A DNA stretch of 64,000 nt from Minisyncoccota bacterium. Lineage in GTDB: Bacteria > Patescibacteriota > Minisyncoccia > Phycocordibacterales > UBA2100. The translations under genes and the position numbers were made by a program. Shown here one piece after another: positions 24,596 through 34,331 of this stretch. Every line of letters starts with the position of its first letter. Position 1 is the first letter of the stretch. The stretch spans positions 22,280 to 86,279 of the forward strand of contig JAYWCB010000005.1 of NCBI GenBank assembly GCA_043780835.1, read 5' to 3'. The notes beneath the pieces are model-generated. The model did no database searches and had not been told where the DNA came from. It was given only the letters and a program-made list of their open reading frames with translations.

Positions 24596-26335
24596 TTACA
24601 GCGAGCGGGCGGCGATGTCATGTTTTAATTTCTCGATAACGGGATCGATTGCGTCGGTTTTTTTGTCGCTGGCGCGGTTTTCGATAGTTATCGTGTTTGC
24701 ACCCACTTCTTCATCACCCACAACGATATAGTAGGGAATTTTCTGGATTTTTACGTTGCGAATGCGCTTACCTAAGCTATCGTCGTGATCAAGTTCTGCG
24801 CGAATACCGTGTTGCAGCAGAGTATCCACTACCGCCGCTGCATAGTCTGTATGTTTCTCGGAAACAGGTAGTACGCGTACCTGCACGGGTGCCATCCAAA
24901 GCGGAAATGCGCCCGCGTAGTGCTCGATCAGGATTCCCATGAATCGATCCGGGGAACCGATGAGTGCCCGATGGATCATGACTGGTGTTTTTTTTGTGCC
25001 ATCGTCAGTCGTGTATTCTAGGCCGAATCGTCCCGGCATGGTGCGATCCACCTGGATCGTAGAAATTTGCCATTCACGTCCGAGTCCATCTACTGCCATG
25101 ATATCGAGCTTCGGTGCGTAGAAAGCTGCCTCACCTTCGGCGGCCTTAAATGCTACACCGCTTTTTTCAAGAACTGTTTTCAATTGGGCTTCGGACTGCT
25201 CCCATGTTTCATCTGAGCCAAGATACTTTTCTTTGTTGTTTGGATCGCGGAGTGATAAGCGAATCCAGTAGCTGACACCGTATGTGGTGAGTGCGTCTTT
25301 AATTACATCGAGAACATTCAAGAGCTCGGCTTCTACCTGGTCTTCACGGCAGAAAATATGACCGTCGTCTTGCGCGAATGCGCGAAGGCGGGTGAGACCG
25401 GAGAGCTGTCCGGGTCGTTCGTCGCGGTAGAGGTTCGCGAAATCTGCGTAGCGGATAGGGAGGTCACGATAGCTTCGCGGGCGCGAAGAATAAATTTGCG
25501 TATGCTGCGGGCAGTTCATTGGCTTCAAAAACATTTCGTCTTCAACGTACTGGCTGCGCACGCTCATCATGTCTTCCTTGTACAGGTCGTAGTGCCCAGA
25601 GAGCTTAAAGAGTTCCGCCTTATTAACGTTCGGGGTGTGCACTTCGCCGAATCCGAGACGCATGTTTAATTCACGCGAATAGTTGATGATCGCATTGCGT
25701 ACGATATTGCCGCGGGGTGTATAGAGCGGCATGCCGGAACCCACGAGATCTGAAAAGGTGAACAGGTCCTGTTCTACGCCAACTTTGCGGTGGTCGCGCT
25801 TGATTGCTTCTTCGCGTTGCACGATATACGCATCGAGTTCTGCCGGAGTAGAAAAGGCAAGTCCGTAAATGCGAGTCAACATCGGATTTTTTTCGTCGCC
25901 GCGCCAATACGCGCCGGCAATACGGTCGAGTTTAAAGGAGTCTGAGTCGATCTCCCGTGCAGGATTTTCTGCATGGCCGCCGCGACACAAATCGGTAAAA
26001 CCACCGCAGGTATACAGGGTGATTTCTTCACCGCGCGATGCGATTTCGTTGATGAGCTCAGATTTATACGGATTGCCTTCGAACCGCTTCAGCGCTTCGT
26101 CTTTTGAAACTGTTTCGTGGGTGAATTCAGTCCATTTGGACAGCGATTTACGCATTGTTTTCTGGAAGCCCTTGAGGTGCTCTTCGGAAACCTTGTCGGT
26201 GCCAAAATCTACGTCGTAGTAGAAGCCGTTATCAACGGCGGGGCCGATCGTAAGGACGGCGTTGGGGTAGTCCTGTAGCACTGCCTGTGCGAGCAGGTGA
26301 GCGAGCGTATGGCGGATTTCTGATATGTCGGACAT
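24596..26335 (-). CDS. thrS: Threonine--tRNA ligase (lacks the N-terminal TGS domain)
   Basis: Class II aaRS core with an editing domain and an anticodon-binding C-terminus. The start was trimmed to MSDISEIRHTL. Confidence 0.88.
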   Translation of the reverse strand: MSDISEIRHTLAHLLAQAVLQDYPNAVLTIGPAVDNGFYYDVDFGTDKVSEEHLKGFQKTMRKSLSKWTEFTHETVSKDEALKRFEGNPYKSELINEIASRGEEITLYTCGGFTDLCRGGHAENPAREIDSDSFKLDRIAGAYWRGDEKNPMLTRIYGLAFSTPAELDAYIVQREEAIKRDHRKVGVEQDLFTFSDLVGSGMPLYTPRGNIVRNAIINYSRELNMRLGFGEVHTPNVNKAELFKLSGHYDLYKEDMMSVRSQYVEDEMFLKPMNCPQHTQIYSSRPRSYRDLPIRYADFANLYRDERPGQLSGLTRLRAFAQDDGHIFCREDQVEAELLNVLDVIKDALTTYGVSYWIRLSLRDPNNKEKYLGSDETWEQSEAQLKTVLEKSGVAFKAAEGEAAFYAPKLDIMAVDGLGREWQISTIQVDRTMPGRFGLEYTTDDGTKKTPVMIHRALIGSPDRFMGILIEHYAGAFPLWMAPVQVRVLPVSEKHTDYAAAVVDTLLQHGIRAELDHDDSLGKRIRNVKIQKIPYYIVVGDEEVGANTITIENRASDKKTDAIDPVIEKLKHDIAARSL

Positions 26336-26417
26336 GTGCGAGTGATGATAGCAGCAAACGTGTGGGGCGCAAAAAGAGCGACGCACGTGAATGTGCGTCG
26401 CTCGATAGGGGCCTTTC

Positions 26418-26771
26418 TCAGAGAGGCGGAAGCACGGTGAGAGGATGCTCAGGCCAGAAGTGCGACAGTTTTGAGAACTGACGCCGAAGCAACACCCGTT
26501 CAGTGTGTGGCAATGTGTTCAAATCCCGACAGCGGTCGGCGATCTCGACGCATATCCTTTTGACTGCATCATCGGTGTCGCACTCGAGCGCGGTCCGCAT
26601 ATCGGCGCGAAACGATGCGTCGAGCGTGCGGTACGTACCGTTCATGTTTGCGAGCACGTTGAGCACTGCGATGGTGCGGGTTTTCTCGAGCTCGAGGTAT
26701 TCTGTCCGATCAATTGCACCTGCAGCGATTTGGAAATCGTACGGCTCCGGATGCGTGCGTCCTTTTGCCAT
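26418..26771 (-). CDS. Hypothetical protein (117 aa)
   Basis: The N-terminal Arg-rich extension of the 238-aa ORF was judged spurious and trimmed to MAKGRTHPEP. Confidence 0.3.
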   Translation of the reverse strand: MAKGRTHPEPYDFQIAAGAIDRTEYLELEKTRTIAVLNVLANMNGTYRTLDASFRADMRTALECDTDDAVKRICVEIADRCRDLNTLPHTERVLLRRQFSKLSHFWPEHPLTVLPPL

Positions 26772-26893
26772 TTCGGTATCCTCCGCAACGTGCACACGAT
26801 GTGCAGCTTTCTTCGGTAACGATACGACCTCTGTCGCGCGAGTCAACCTGTGTATAACTAAAAAGGCGGGAGCAATGCTCCCGCCGTGTTCGA

Positions 26894-27274
26894 TCACGCG
26901 TGGATCGATAAGTTTGTTTCTTCGGCGAGGCGCATGCAAAATAGTTGCGCCTGCAGAATTTTCTTTTCGTCGGATCGATGACGTGTCTCGATCAATCGAT
27001 CGAGTGTGATCACGATGTCTGCGATATCGCGCACGAGTAACATCGGATCTTCGCCGTAGGGAATATCCGGATGAAGTTCGTGCAGCACGTCTTCCATAAT
27101 TGTGAGTGATTCGGGTGGAGGCGGCTCGAGACATAGCTCACGAATGAGAAGACGCAGTGCGCTGCAGGCAGCTTTGATTCGGTCGACCTCTGCCGCATCG
27201 GCATTGTCTGCGCCGAGGCCGTGCACGATCGGAATCGCCTTACGGCAGTCGATAAATACTTTTTGTTGCGCCAA
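26894..27274 (-). CDS. Hypothetical protein (126 aa)
   Basis: ORF only. Confidence 0.3.
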   Translation of the reverse strand: MAQQKVFIDCRKAIPIVHGLGADNADAAEVDRIKAACSALRLLIRELCLEPPPPESLTIMEDVLHELHPDIPYGEDPMLLVRDIADIVITLDRLIETRHRSDEKKILQAQLFCMRLAEETNLSIHA

Positions 27275-27334
27275 GTCGTAGACTCCTCGATGAAAGATAA
27301 CCCGAGCGATTTAAACACAAAAATAGAATAATGT

Positions 27335-30300
27335 CTACAGCGCCTTCGCCTTTTCAGCAACAAAACTATCCTCACCGTTTCGTTCCGAGATCTTACCCTT
27401 GAGCATGATGCAGTTGCCGGAGACGATGAGCGCGTCGTTTTCTTTCAGCAAATTTGGGAAAATCACCACTTCGATGGAATCAGACAAATCCGATATTTTA
27501 AGAAATGCCATCTTTTCGCCTTTTTTGGTCAAAATCGTCTGCACGGTTTCTACATAGCCGGCGATTACCGTCTCCACGTTCTTTAAATGCTCCTTCGCGT
27601 GCTTGATGCTGTTTTTTGCGTTTGATAATTTTGCCGCGTGCTTGTCGAGCGGATGACCCGATACATAGAGACCGAGCAATTCTTTCTCCCATAAAAGTTT
27701 CTGATCCATTGATGCGGGCGCAGCATCCTCGAGCCGGAGTTTCGCGAGCGCAGGAGCTTCTGAGAGGCCTCCAAAGAGCGAGCCTTGATCCACAGGACGC
27801 CTCGTAAGCTCGCGGTGGAATTCCAAAAGCCGTTCAATATTTTGCATCAGCTGTCCTCGTTCCGCGTAGTCATCGAGAGCACCGCTTTGAATGAGTGATT
27901 CGAGAGACTTTTTATTAAAGCTCTTGTCGGCAATGCGCGATACGAAGTCTGATATGTCGTTAAAATGTCCGTTTTTTTCTCGCTCGGCAATAATCGTGTC
28001 AGCGACACCGGTACCGAAATTCTTAATCGAGTACAAGCCAAAGCGTATGGCGTTTTCGTCGATTACGGTAAAATTGCCCTTACTTTCGTTGACCGACGGC
28101 GGAGAAATGGAGATGCCCATTCGCTTACACTCGTTGATGACCTCGGAAATTTTTTCCACGTCGCCGGCGTCGGCGGTGAGGACCGCGGCCATGTAATCCA
28201 CGGGAAAATTGGCTTTCATATAGGCCGTTTTATATGCGAGGTTACCGTAGCTCGCCGCGTGCGCTTTATTGAATCCGTATGCGGCAAACGTTTCAATTTG
28301 TTCCCACAATGTTTGTACCACCGCAGGTTTCATGCCGCGCTCGATGCAGCCGCCGGTAAACTTTTCTTTCTGAGCGGCCATTTCCGCCGGCACTTTTTTG
28401 CCCATAGCCTTTCGGAATTTGTCGGCATCAAGCCAGCTGTATCCCGCAAGATCGATGGCGATTTGTAGCACGTCGTCTTGATAGGTGATCACACCGTACG
28501 AATTTTTAAGAATTGCTTCCATCCGCGGATCGAGATAGGTGACGAGTGCAGGGTTCTTTTTGCGTTCAATATATTGCGGAATGAAATTCATCGGACCGGG
28601 GCGATAGAGTGCAACCATCGCGTTGATGTCGTGAATTACCGACGGTTTCAGATCGACGAGGTAGTTCGTCATACCACCGCCTGCAAGCTGGAAGACTCCG
28701 AGCGTTTCGCCGCGCGCAAGCATTTCGTATGTTTTTTTATCGTCGAGCGGGAAATTATCGATATCGATTTCTTTGCCGAGTCGCTCGTGAACGCGCTGAA
28801 TAGAATCGGCAAGAATGGTGAGGTTGGTAAGGCCAAGGAAGTCGAATTTCAAAAGTCCGGCGTCCTCTACGGCATGCATGTCGTACTGCGTGATTTTTTT
28901 GCCGCCTTTAGGGTCGGGTTGGATGGGCACGAAATCTGTTACCGGAGTCGGTGCTATCACCACGCCCGCGGCATGTACACCCACGTGTCGCGCGTTGCCT
29001 TCTACTTTCTTTGCTAAATCCAAGACCTCGCGGGCATCCTGGTCGCGTTTATAGAGTTCAAGCAGTTCGGGTACCTCATCGAGTGATCCTTGAATCGTTA
29101 CCGGAAATCCTTGTTTACCGAATGGAATCAGTTTCGCGATCGCATCACCCAACGCGTACGGATGGCCCAGTGCGCGCGATACATCGCGCACTGCTGCTCG
29201 TGCCATCATCGTGCCAAACGTGCCGATCTGCGCCACGTGGTCGTCGCCGTATTTGGTGCGCACGTAATCGATCATGTCGTCGCGACGATTGTCTGCGTAA
29301 TCCATGTCGATATCCGGCGCGGATGGGCGCTCAGGATTTAAGAATCGTTCAAAGGGAAGTCCGTACTCCAACGGATTCACATTCGTGATCCCGGCAAGGT
29401 ATGTGACGAGCGATCCTGCTACTGATCCGCGAATGTTGGTCAAAATTCCCTGTTCCTTTGCGTGATGAAGTAGATCGGAGACCACGAGAAAGTACGGAGA
29501 ATATCCTTTTTTGGCGATGACGCCGAGTTCGTATTCGAGTCGTGTAAGGGTGGTGTCGTTTTGTTCCAATCCGCGGCGCGCGAATCCTGAAAAGGCGAGC
29601 TTGCGCAATTCGTCGTCGGCATTCTGTCCTTTTTCAAGCAAGAAATCAGGAAATACCCAGGTTCCCAGCTTGAGTTCAATCGAGCACATTTCGGCGATTT
29701 TGACGGTATTTTCGAGCGCCTCAGGCAAATCTTTGAAAAGAGAGATGGCCTTTTCCTTCGATATGAAAGAAAAATCATTGGACGTGCCTTCGAAGTCTCG
29801 ATTCAGGGTGCCGCCGGAGCGGATCTTTGTTACGAGCTCGCGTGCGATCGCGTCTTCTGGTTTTAAATAGTAGGTGTCGTGCGCGGCAACGAGCGGAATA
29901 TCTGCGGCACGGGCGTATTCGATTATCTTCTGCATCCGTTCTTCATGGCCTTCAATTTCGTGATGGCGCGTGATTTCTACGAAGCAATCGTCGCCGAATT
30001 GTTTTTTATACCAATCGAGTGATTCGCGCGCGCGATCGTCGACACCGTCTTTGAGTGCTTTTGCATGCTCGCCACCGAACGACGGTAAAATCGCCACGAG
30101 TCCTTCTTTATATTCTTGAATGAGTTCGCGATCGAGGCGGGGACGATAGTAAAAACCTTCTATGTATGCGCGCGATACGACTTGCAACAAATTTCGATAA
30201 CCCGTCATGTTTTTGGCAAGCAGTACCAATCGCGAGGTTTTGTCATCGATGCGGTGCTCCTTGTCGTGACGGGTGCGGGGCGCAACGAAAAAGTCCACGC

Positions 30301-30499
30301 CGATGATCGGTTTGATGCCTGCGGCTTTGCATTCTTTGTAAAATTCGATCGCCGCATACATGTTGCCTGCGTCGGTGAGTGCCAGCGCTGTTTGACCGTC
30401 GGCTTTTGCAGCTGCGACAAGATCTTCTATTTTAGGCAACGCTTCCAGGAGCGAATAGTGCGAGTGATTGTGTAAATGGACAAAATCCGCACGCGACAT
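27335..30499 (-). CDS. dnaE: DNA polymerase III alpha subunit
   Basis: PHP domain (HLHNHSHYSLLEA), polymerase core, and an OB-fold C-terminus. Plus-strand agtata (TATACT on the minus strand) sits 6 nt before the ATG. Confidence 0.92.
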   Translation of the reverse strand: MSRADFVHLHNHSHYSLLEALPKIEDLVAAAKADGQTALALTDAGNMYAAIEFYKECKAAGIKPIIGVDFFVAPRTRHDKEHRIDDKTSRLVLLAKNMTGYRNLLQVVSRAYIEGFYYRPRLDRELIQEYKEGLVAILPSFGGEHAKALKDGVDDRARESLDWYKKQFGDDCFVEITRHHEIEGHEERMQKIIEYARAADIPLVAAHDTYYLKPEDAIARELVTKIRSGGTLNRDFEGTSNDFSFISKEKAISLFKDLPEALENTVKIAEMCSIELKLGTWVFPDFLLEKGQNADDELRKLAFSGFARRGLEQNDTTLTRLEYELGVIAKKGYSPYFLVVSDLLHHAKEQGILTNIRGSVAGSLVTYLAGITNVNPLEYGLPFERFLNPERPSAPDIDMDYADNRRDDMIDYVRTKYGDDHVAQIGTFGTMMARAAVRDVSRALGHPYALGDAIAKLIPFGKQGFPVTIQGSLDEVPELLELYKRDQDAREVLDLAKKVEGNARHVGVHAAGVVIAPTPVTDFVPIQPDPKGGKKITQYDMHAVEDAGLLKFDFLGLTNLTILADSIQRVHERLGKEIDIDNFPLDDKKTYEMLARGETLGVFQLAGGGMTNYLVDLKPSVIHDINAMVALYRPGPMNFIPQYIERKKNPALVTYLDPRMEAILKNSYGVITYQDDVLQIAIDLAGYSWLDADKFRKAMGKKVPAEMAAQKEKFTGGCIERGMKPAVVQTLWEQIETFAAYGFNKAHAASYGNLAYKTAYMKANFPVDYMAAVLTADAGDVEKISEVINECKRMGISISPPSVNESKGNFTVIDENAIRFGLYSIKNFGTGVADTIIAEREKNGHFNDISDFVSRIADKSFNKKSLESLIQSGALDDYAERGQLMQNIERLLEFHRELTRRPVDQGSLFGGLSEAPALAKLRLEDAAPASMDQKLLWEKELLGLYVSGHPLDKHAAKLSNAKNSIKHAKEHLKNVETVIAGYVETVQTILTKKGEKMAFLKISDLSDSIEVVIFPNLLKENDALIVSGNCIMLKGKISERNGEDSFVAEKAKAL

Positions 30500-30702
30500 G
30501 GACTGAGTATACCCCGCGAGATATTCCGCTGGATTTGGATCAAAAGTCAGACCGTAATGTCGTTGGCGTGTCTAGTTGTGAAAGAGTGTATATAGCACGT
30601 TTTTGTTATGGCGGTAGGTCATTGACTCTTAGGAGGAGTCGTCTTAGAGTGGTGGCGGTATCGAACTCCATCCTATATTTTTAAAAAACGAGGGAGGATG
30701 CA

Positions 30703-30858
30703 ATGGTGGATCGAATAGTGCGTGCGAAAAAGCTGGCAGTTTACAAATGTGCCGCTGTCGGCGGCATGATTGGCGGCATCATCTTTGCCGTGTGTCTCAT
30801 TTTCGGCGGTCTCGTGATGGTCGTTATTGCCGGTGTAGGCTCACGATTACACGCATGA
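30703..30858 (+). CDS. Small hydrophobic membrane protein (51 aa); not in the supplied ORF track because it is under 60 aa
   Basis: SD gagggagga lies 6 nt upstream of the ATG. MVDRIVRAKKLAVYKCAAVGGMIGGIIFAVCLIFGGLVMVVIAGVGSRLHA. A terminator hairpin lies downstream at 30886-30912. Confidence 0.4.
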   Translation: MVDRIVRAKKLAVYKCAAVGGMIGGIIFAVCLIFGGLVMVVIAGVGSRLHA

Positions 30859-30885
30859 AGATTTTGCTGAGATATGCACTTTTGA

Positions 30886-30912
30886 GGACCGCGCGTTGCG
30901 CGGTCCTTTGTT
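30886..30912 (+). terminator. Intrinsic terminator ggaccgcgc-gtt-gcgcggtcc plus tttgtt
   Basis: Read directly. It lies inside the 5' extension of the listed rnhB ORF, which supports the trimmed rnhB start. Confidence 0.6.
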
Positions 30913-30925
30913 ATTATTATGCGTA

Positions 30926-31561
30926 ATGAGATACGTCATCGGTATCGACGAAGCGGGTCGCGGCGCACTTGCCGGTCCTGTTTGCGTCGGAGCCGTTTTG
31001 ATGCCGCTTGATTTGGACTGGCGCATTGCATACGCACTGGTAACCACTCGTGGCGAACCGCGCCTTCGGGATTCCAAACAGCTCTCAGCCCAACAGCGTG
31101 AGATTCTGTACGAATATATCGTCACGCACGGCCGCTTGAAACACGCGGCTGCATTCGTAGATGCGCCGGTTATCGATTCCATCGGGATCGTAAATGCTGC
31201 TCATGAGGCGGCAGCCGTTGCGCTCACTCGCATCGGTGTGAGTGCGGATAAGGTGGAAGTGCTGCTCGACGCGGGCTTACGCGTGCCCGAATTGTGGCAG
31301 CAGCGCTCGTTTGTACGGGGCGACGAAAATGTGCCCGCGATCGCGCTCGCGTCGGTTATTGCAAAAGTCACACGGGACAGGCTTATGGAAAGTCTTCCGG
31401 AGAACTTTTCGCCCTATAAATTCAGCGAACACAAGGGCTACGGGACGCTCGCACATCGCAAGGCAATAGCAAAATCCGGGCTCTCTGTGTTGCATCGAGC
31501 AACGTTCTGTACACGGCTCTCGCACGCCGGAAACCGCTCCGAAGCCCTTTCAGAGGAGTAA
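30926..31561 (+). CDS. rnhB: Ribonuclease HII
   Basis: MRYVIGIDEAGRGALAGPV is the canonical RNase HII N-terminus. Confidence 0.85.
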   Translation: MRYVIGIDEAGRGALAGPVCVGAVLMPLDLDWRIAYALVTTRGEPRLRDSKQLSAQQREILYEYIVTHGRLKHAAAFVDAPVIDSIGIVNAAHEAAAVALTRIGVSADKVEVLLDAGLRVPELWQQRSFVRGDENVPAIALASVIAKVTRDRLMESLPENFSPYKFSEHKGYGTLAHRKAIAKSGLSVLHRATFCTRLSHAGNRSEALSEE

Positions 31562-31583
31562 GGGCTGCCGCAACTGCGTGGCG

Positions 31584-31611
31584 TTGCAAAAAGGCTTACA
31601 ATCTGTATAAT
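31584..31611 (+). promoter_or_regulatory. Promoter TTGCAA-16-TATAAT, 10 nt upstream of the rpmF ATG
   Basis: Read directly. Confidence 0.5.
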
Positions 31612-31621
31612 CCGCCCCAAT

Positions 31622-31891
31622 ATGGTAATCCGAATGCGTCGTAATCGTTCTCAAACCGCCCAGCGGCGTTCTCATCATGGGCTGACCAGTTCTCGCGTAA
31701 CTACCGATGCGTCCGGTAATGCGCACCTGCGCCATCGCGTGGATCCGGAAACCGGGATGTACCGAGGCAAGGTCATTATCGACGTCGTCGCCCGAGCAAA
31801 GCGCGATCAGCGACGCGCAAAGCGCAAAGACACTGAATTGCGTGCGAGCGGCCAAATTCGCGAAGACAAGCAGACCGAAGCAACCAAATAA
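31622..31891 (+). CDS. rpmF: Ribosomal protein L32 with a basic C-terminal extension
   Basis: The RRSHHGLT motif is typical of bL32. Confidence 0.6.
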   Translation: MVIRMRRNRSQTAQRRSHHGLTSSRVTTDASGNAHLRHRVDPETGMYRGKVIIDVVARAKRDQRRAKRKDTELRASGQIREDKQTEATK

Positions 31892-32025
31892 CACAAAGAT
31901 AAAGAACCGTCGAGAGTCGGTTCTTTTCTTACAGAGTGCGTTCAGTCATCCACAGTTTTGCGCGCAGGTTCATCGGCAGTTTATTTTTATCGTGTACACT
32001 AGGGGAGTGTTCAGTTCCTTCGTAT

Positions 32026-32943
32026 ATGGCAAATAGGCACCTCGCACGTTCGGTCGCTCTGCAAGTGCTCTTTGAGCGCGATTCCTCGAATGGTGCGTTG
32101 TCGCTGGATGAGTGCTACGGACGATTGGCAGATTATGCCAAAGAATTCGGTGCACGCGATTCAGATATGCCGTTTATGAAGACACTTCTCCAAACCGCGA
32201 TCACAAAGCAAAAAGAAATCGATGAGGTAATCGTGCGCGCTGCGCCGGAATGGCCACTTGATAAAATCGCGGCCATCGATCGTAATATTTTGCGTATCGG
32301 ATTAACCGAGCTTTTGTACGCGGATCGAGCGCAAGTGCCCGCAAAAGTGGCAATCAATGAAGCGATAGAACTCGCGAAAGCATTCGGGAGCGCATCGTCC
32401 GGCCGTTTCGTGAATGGTGTACTCGGTGCGGTGTATGTGGAGCTCGGAGAGCCCGGAAAAAACGAAGGCAGCATGCGAAAATCTCCCGCGAATCCGGCAA
32501 AAATGCCGCTCGAGGAGCTTGCAGGGGCCGTTGTGTATGCGGAAAACGAAGGCGAGTTTTACCTCGCGTTCGTGCACGATATATTCGGCCACTGGACGAT
32601 CTCAAAGGGAAAAGTGGAACACGGTGAAGACGTCCAGCAGGGAGCCATCCGTGAACTGAAAGAAGAAATGGGTTTGGATATTGAGATCGTAGAAGAAATC
32701 GGTGTGAATGAATATATAGCCAACGACTCAAAAATCTCCGGCGGTAAAAAGAAAAAGCGCGTTACCTATTTCCTCGCGAAATCACCGTTTGTTGATATCA
32801 AACTCGGTCCCTCAGGCGGGCTCGATGATGCGCAGTGGTTTCCCCTTGCTGCGGTGGGAGATTTGAATTTCTATGACGACTCCCTTACCAAGATCGTGAT
32901 CCCGGCCATTAAGGCCCTCGCGAAAATTCGCGCGCAGAAGTAG
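32026..32943 (+). CDS. nusB: NusB antitermination factor fused to a C-terminal NUDIX hydrolase domain
   Basis: The N-terminal 145 aa are NusB-like (ARSVALQVLFE...RNILRIGLTELLY). The C-terminus carries a perfect Nudix box GKVEHGEDVQQGAIRELKEEMGL. Confidence 0.75.
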   Translation: MANRHLARSVALQVLFERDSSNGALSLDECYGRLADYAKEFGARDSDMPFMKTLLQTAITKQKEIDEVIVRAAPEWPLDKIAAIDRNILRIGLTELLYADRAQVPAKVAINEAIELAKAFGSASSGRFVNGVLGAVYVELGEPGKNEGSMRKSPANPAKMPLEELAGAVVYAENEGEFYLAFVHDIFGHWTISKGKVEHGEDVQQGAIRELKEEMGLDIEIVEEIGVNEYIANDSKISGGKKKKRVTYFLAKSPFVDIKLGPSGGLDDAQWFPLAAVGDLNFYDDSLTKIVIPAIKALAKIRAQK

Positions 32944-32949
32944 GTACGT

Positions 32950-33636
32950 ATGGATTTCGCACCGTTTGAGGCGAAGATCGGATATACATTTCGCAAGCGT
33001 GAGCTCTTGGAGCAGGCGTTTACACATCGTTCGTATTTGAACGAGCATCGAGGATCCGGTCGTGAACACAACGAACGGCTCGAATTTTTGGGCGACGCAA
33101 TTCTTGAACTTGTCGTAACGGAATTTTTATATAACAAGTATCCCGATAAACCCGAAGGCGAGTTGACTGCCTTTCGCGCAGCACTTGTAAACACGGTATC
33201 GATTGCTGCTGCAGCCCAAGTACTCGGCATGAATGACTACTTACTGTTGAGTCGGGGCGAATCGCGTGACATGGGTCGTGCGCGACAAATCATTCTTGCC
33301 AATGCGTTCGAGGCGCTCATCGGCGCAATTCACTTAGATGCAGGCTACCCGGCGTCGCGCGATTTTATATCCAAGCAATTATTTCATAAAGCCGATGCGG
33401 TCGTAGAACACCGTCTGTGGCAGGACGCGAAAAGCAAGCTGCAGGAGTTATCACAAGAAAAACTCGGATTTACTCCTGTGTATGAAGTGGTAAGTCAGTC
33501 CGGTCCTGACCACGACAAAGTATTTCTGACCGGTGTGCGGTTGGGAAGCGAACGCGTAGCGACCGGTGAAGGCCGATCAAAACAAGAATCAGAACAAGCG
33601 GCGGCGGTGAAGGCGATTGTGGCGAAGGGATGGTAG
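32950..33636 (+). CDS. rnc: Ribonuclease III
   Basis: The signature ERLEFLGDA and a dsRBD C-terminus. Confidence 0.9.
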   Translation: MDFAPFEAKIGYTFRKRELLEQAFTHRSYLNEHRGSGREHNERLEFLGDAILELVVTEFLYNKYPDKPEGELTAFRAALVNTVSIAAAAQVLGMNDYLLLSRGESRDMGRARQIILANAFEALIGAIHLDAGYPASRDFISKQLFHKADAVVEHRLWQDAKSKLQELSQEKLGFTPVYEVVSQSGPDHDKVFLTGVRLGSERVATGEGRSKQESEQAAAVKAIVAKGW

Positions 33637-33644
33637 GGCGCTAC

Positions 33645-33742
33645 GGGACACGTGGCCTTTTTGGGTACGAAATTTTCTTGGTAGAAAATTTTTCCATGTT
33701 CACGCCGTCGCGTTCACAAGCCCCAAAAAGGCCGCGTGTCCC
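33645..33742 (+). repeat. 21-bp inverted repeat (gggacacgtggcctttttggg ... cccaaaaaggccgcgtgtccc) enclosing a 56-nt loop with its own gaaaatttt duplications, 9 nt after the rnc stop
   Basis: Read directly. One G.U wobble if folded as RNA. Confidence 0.6.
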
Positions 33743-33900
33743 TACGCTTGATTGAGGAGAGAAAAATTTCTCCATTCTCGGTCCGTCGACCTCGAAAGCC
33801 TCCAAATCGGCACGTATCCCTCCGCTGGGTTGTGTAGGTGCGGAAGAGATGGCAGAGTAGCGGAAGTTTAGTGATAGTTAACCGGAAACAGGAGAAAAGA

Positions 33901-34275
33901 ATGCGCGAATCGATACCGTTGCTCAACATCGGCGGCACCCGCATTGCTCGGATCGGCAGTACGCCGTGCTTCATGCAAGACGTCTCAATCGGACGCGAAT
34001 TCGCGGCCGACGGCCGTCTCTATCAGCTCATGATGTCGCAGACAAAATTTAGTGCCGTGCAGATGCTGAGTCGATTTCGTAAGGACGGCAAGTGGTACAT
34101 GCGCATGGACGAAAAAAGTGCGAAACTTCTTGATCCGAATATGCCGCTTGCGGATACATGTCAGATCCAAATCATTCTGGACGCGACTCAAAAAGTTGAA
34201 GCGCTCGACATCATCTATCGCGGCCGCGACGAACGCGCTCCAGCGCCGAATGTCAGTAAGATTGCACGTGCTTAA
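33901..34275 (+). CDS. Hypothetical protein (124 aa)
   Basis: SD aggag lies 6 nt upstream. Confidence 0.45.
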   Translation: MRESIPLLNIGGTRIARIGSTPCFMQDVSIGREFAADGRLYQLMMSQTKFSAVQMLSRFRKDGKWYMRMDEKSAKLLDPNMPLADTCQIQIILDATQKVEALDIIYRGRDERAPAPNVSKIARA

Positions 34276-34282
34276 AACAATA

Positions 34283-34317
34283 CACCCGTGGGTCTCGGCC
34301 CGCGGGTGCGCTTTTTT
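34283..34317 (+). terminator. Hairpin cacccgtggg-tctcgg-cccgcgggtg plus T6
   Basis: Read directly. Confidence 0.55.
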
Positions 34318-34325
34318 GATACAAT
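34317..34325 (+). promoter_or_regulatory. Extended -10 element TGaTACAAT, 6 nt upstream of the GTG start of the SMC-like gene
   Basis: Read directly. Confidence 0.45.
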
Positions 34326-34331
34326 AATTGC

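Noticed and set aside
26772-27134. Arg-rich N-terminal extension of the 238-aa minus ORF
   Set aside because: It is low-complexity, overlaps the 26894-27274 ORF in another frame, and has no start signal. The shorter gene was kept.
30600-30690. Possible tRNA (a GTTCGA-like element in ggtggcggtatcgaactcc)
   Set aside because: No cloverleaf could be built. The T-arm stem and acceptor pairing fail on both strands.
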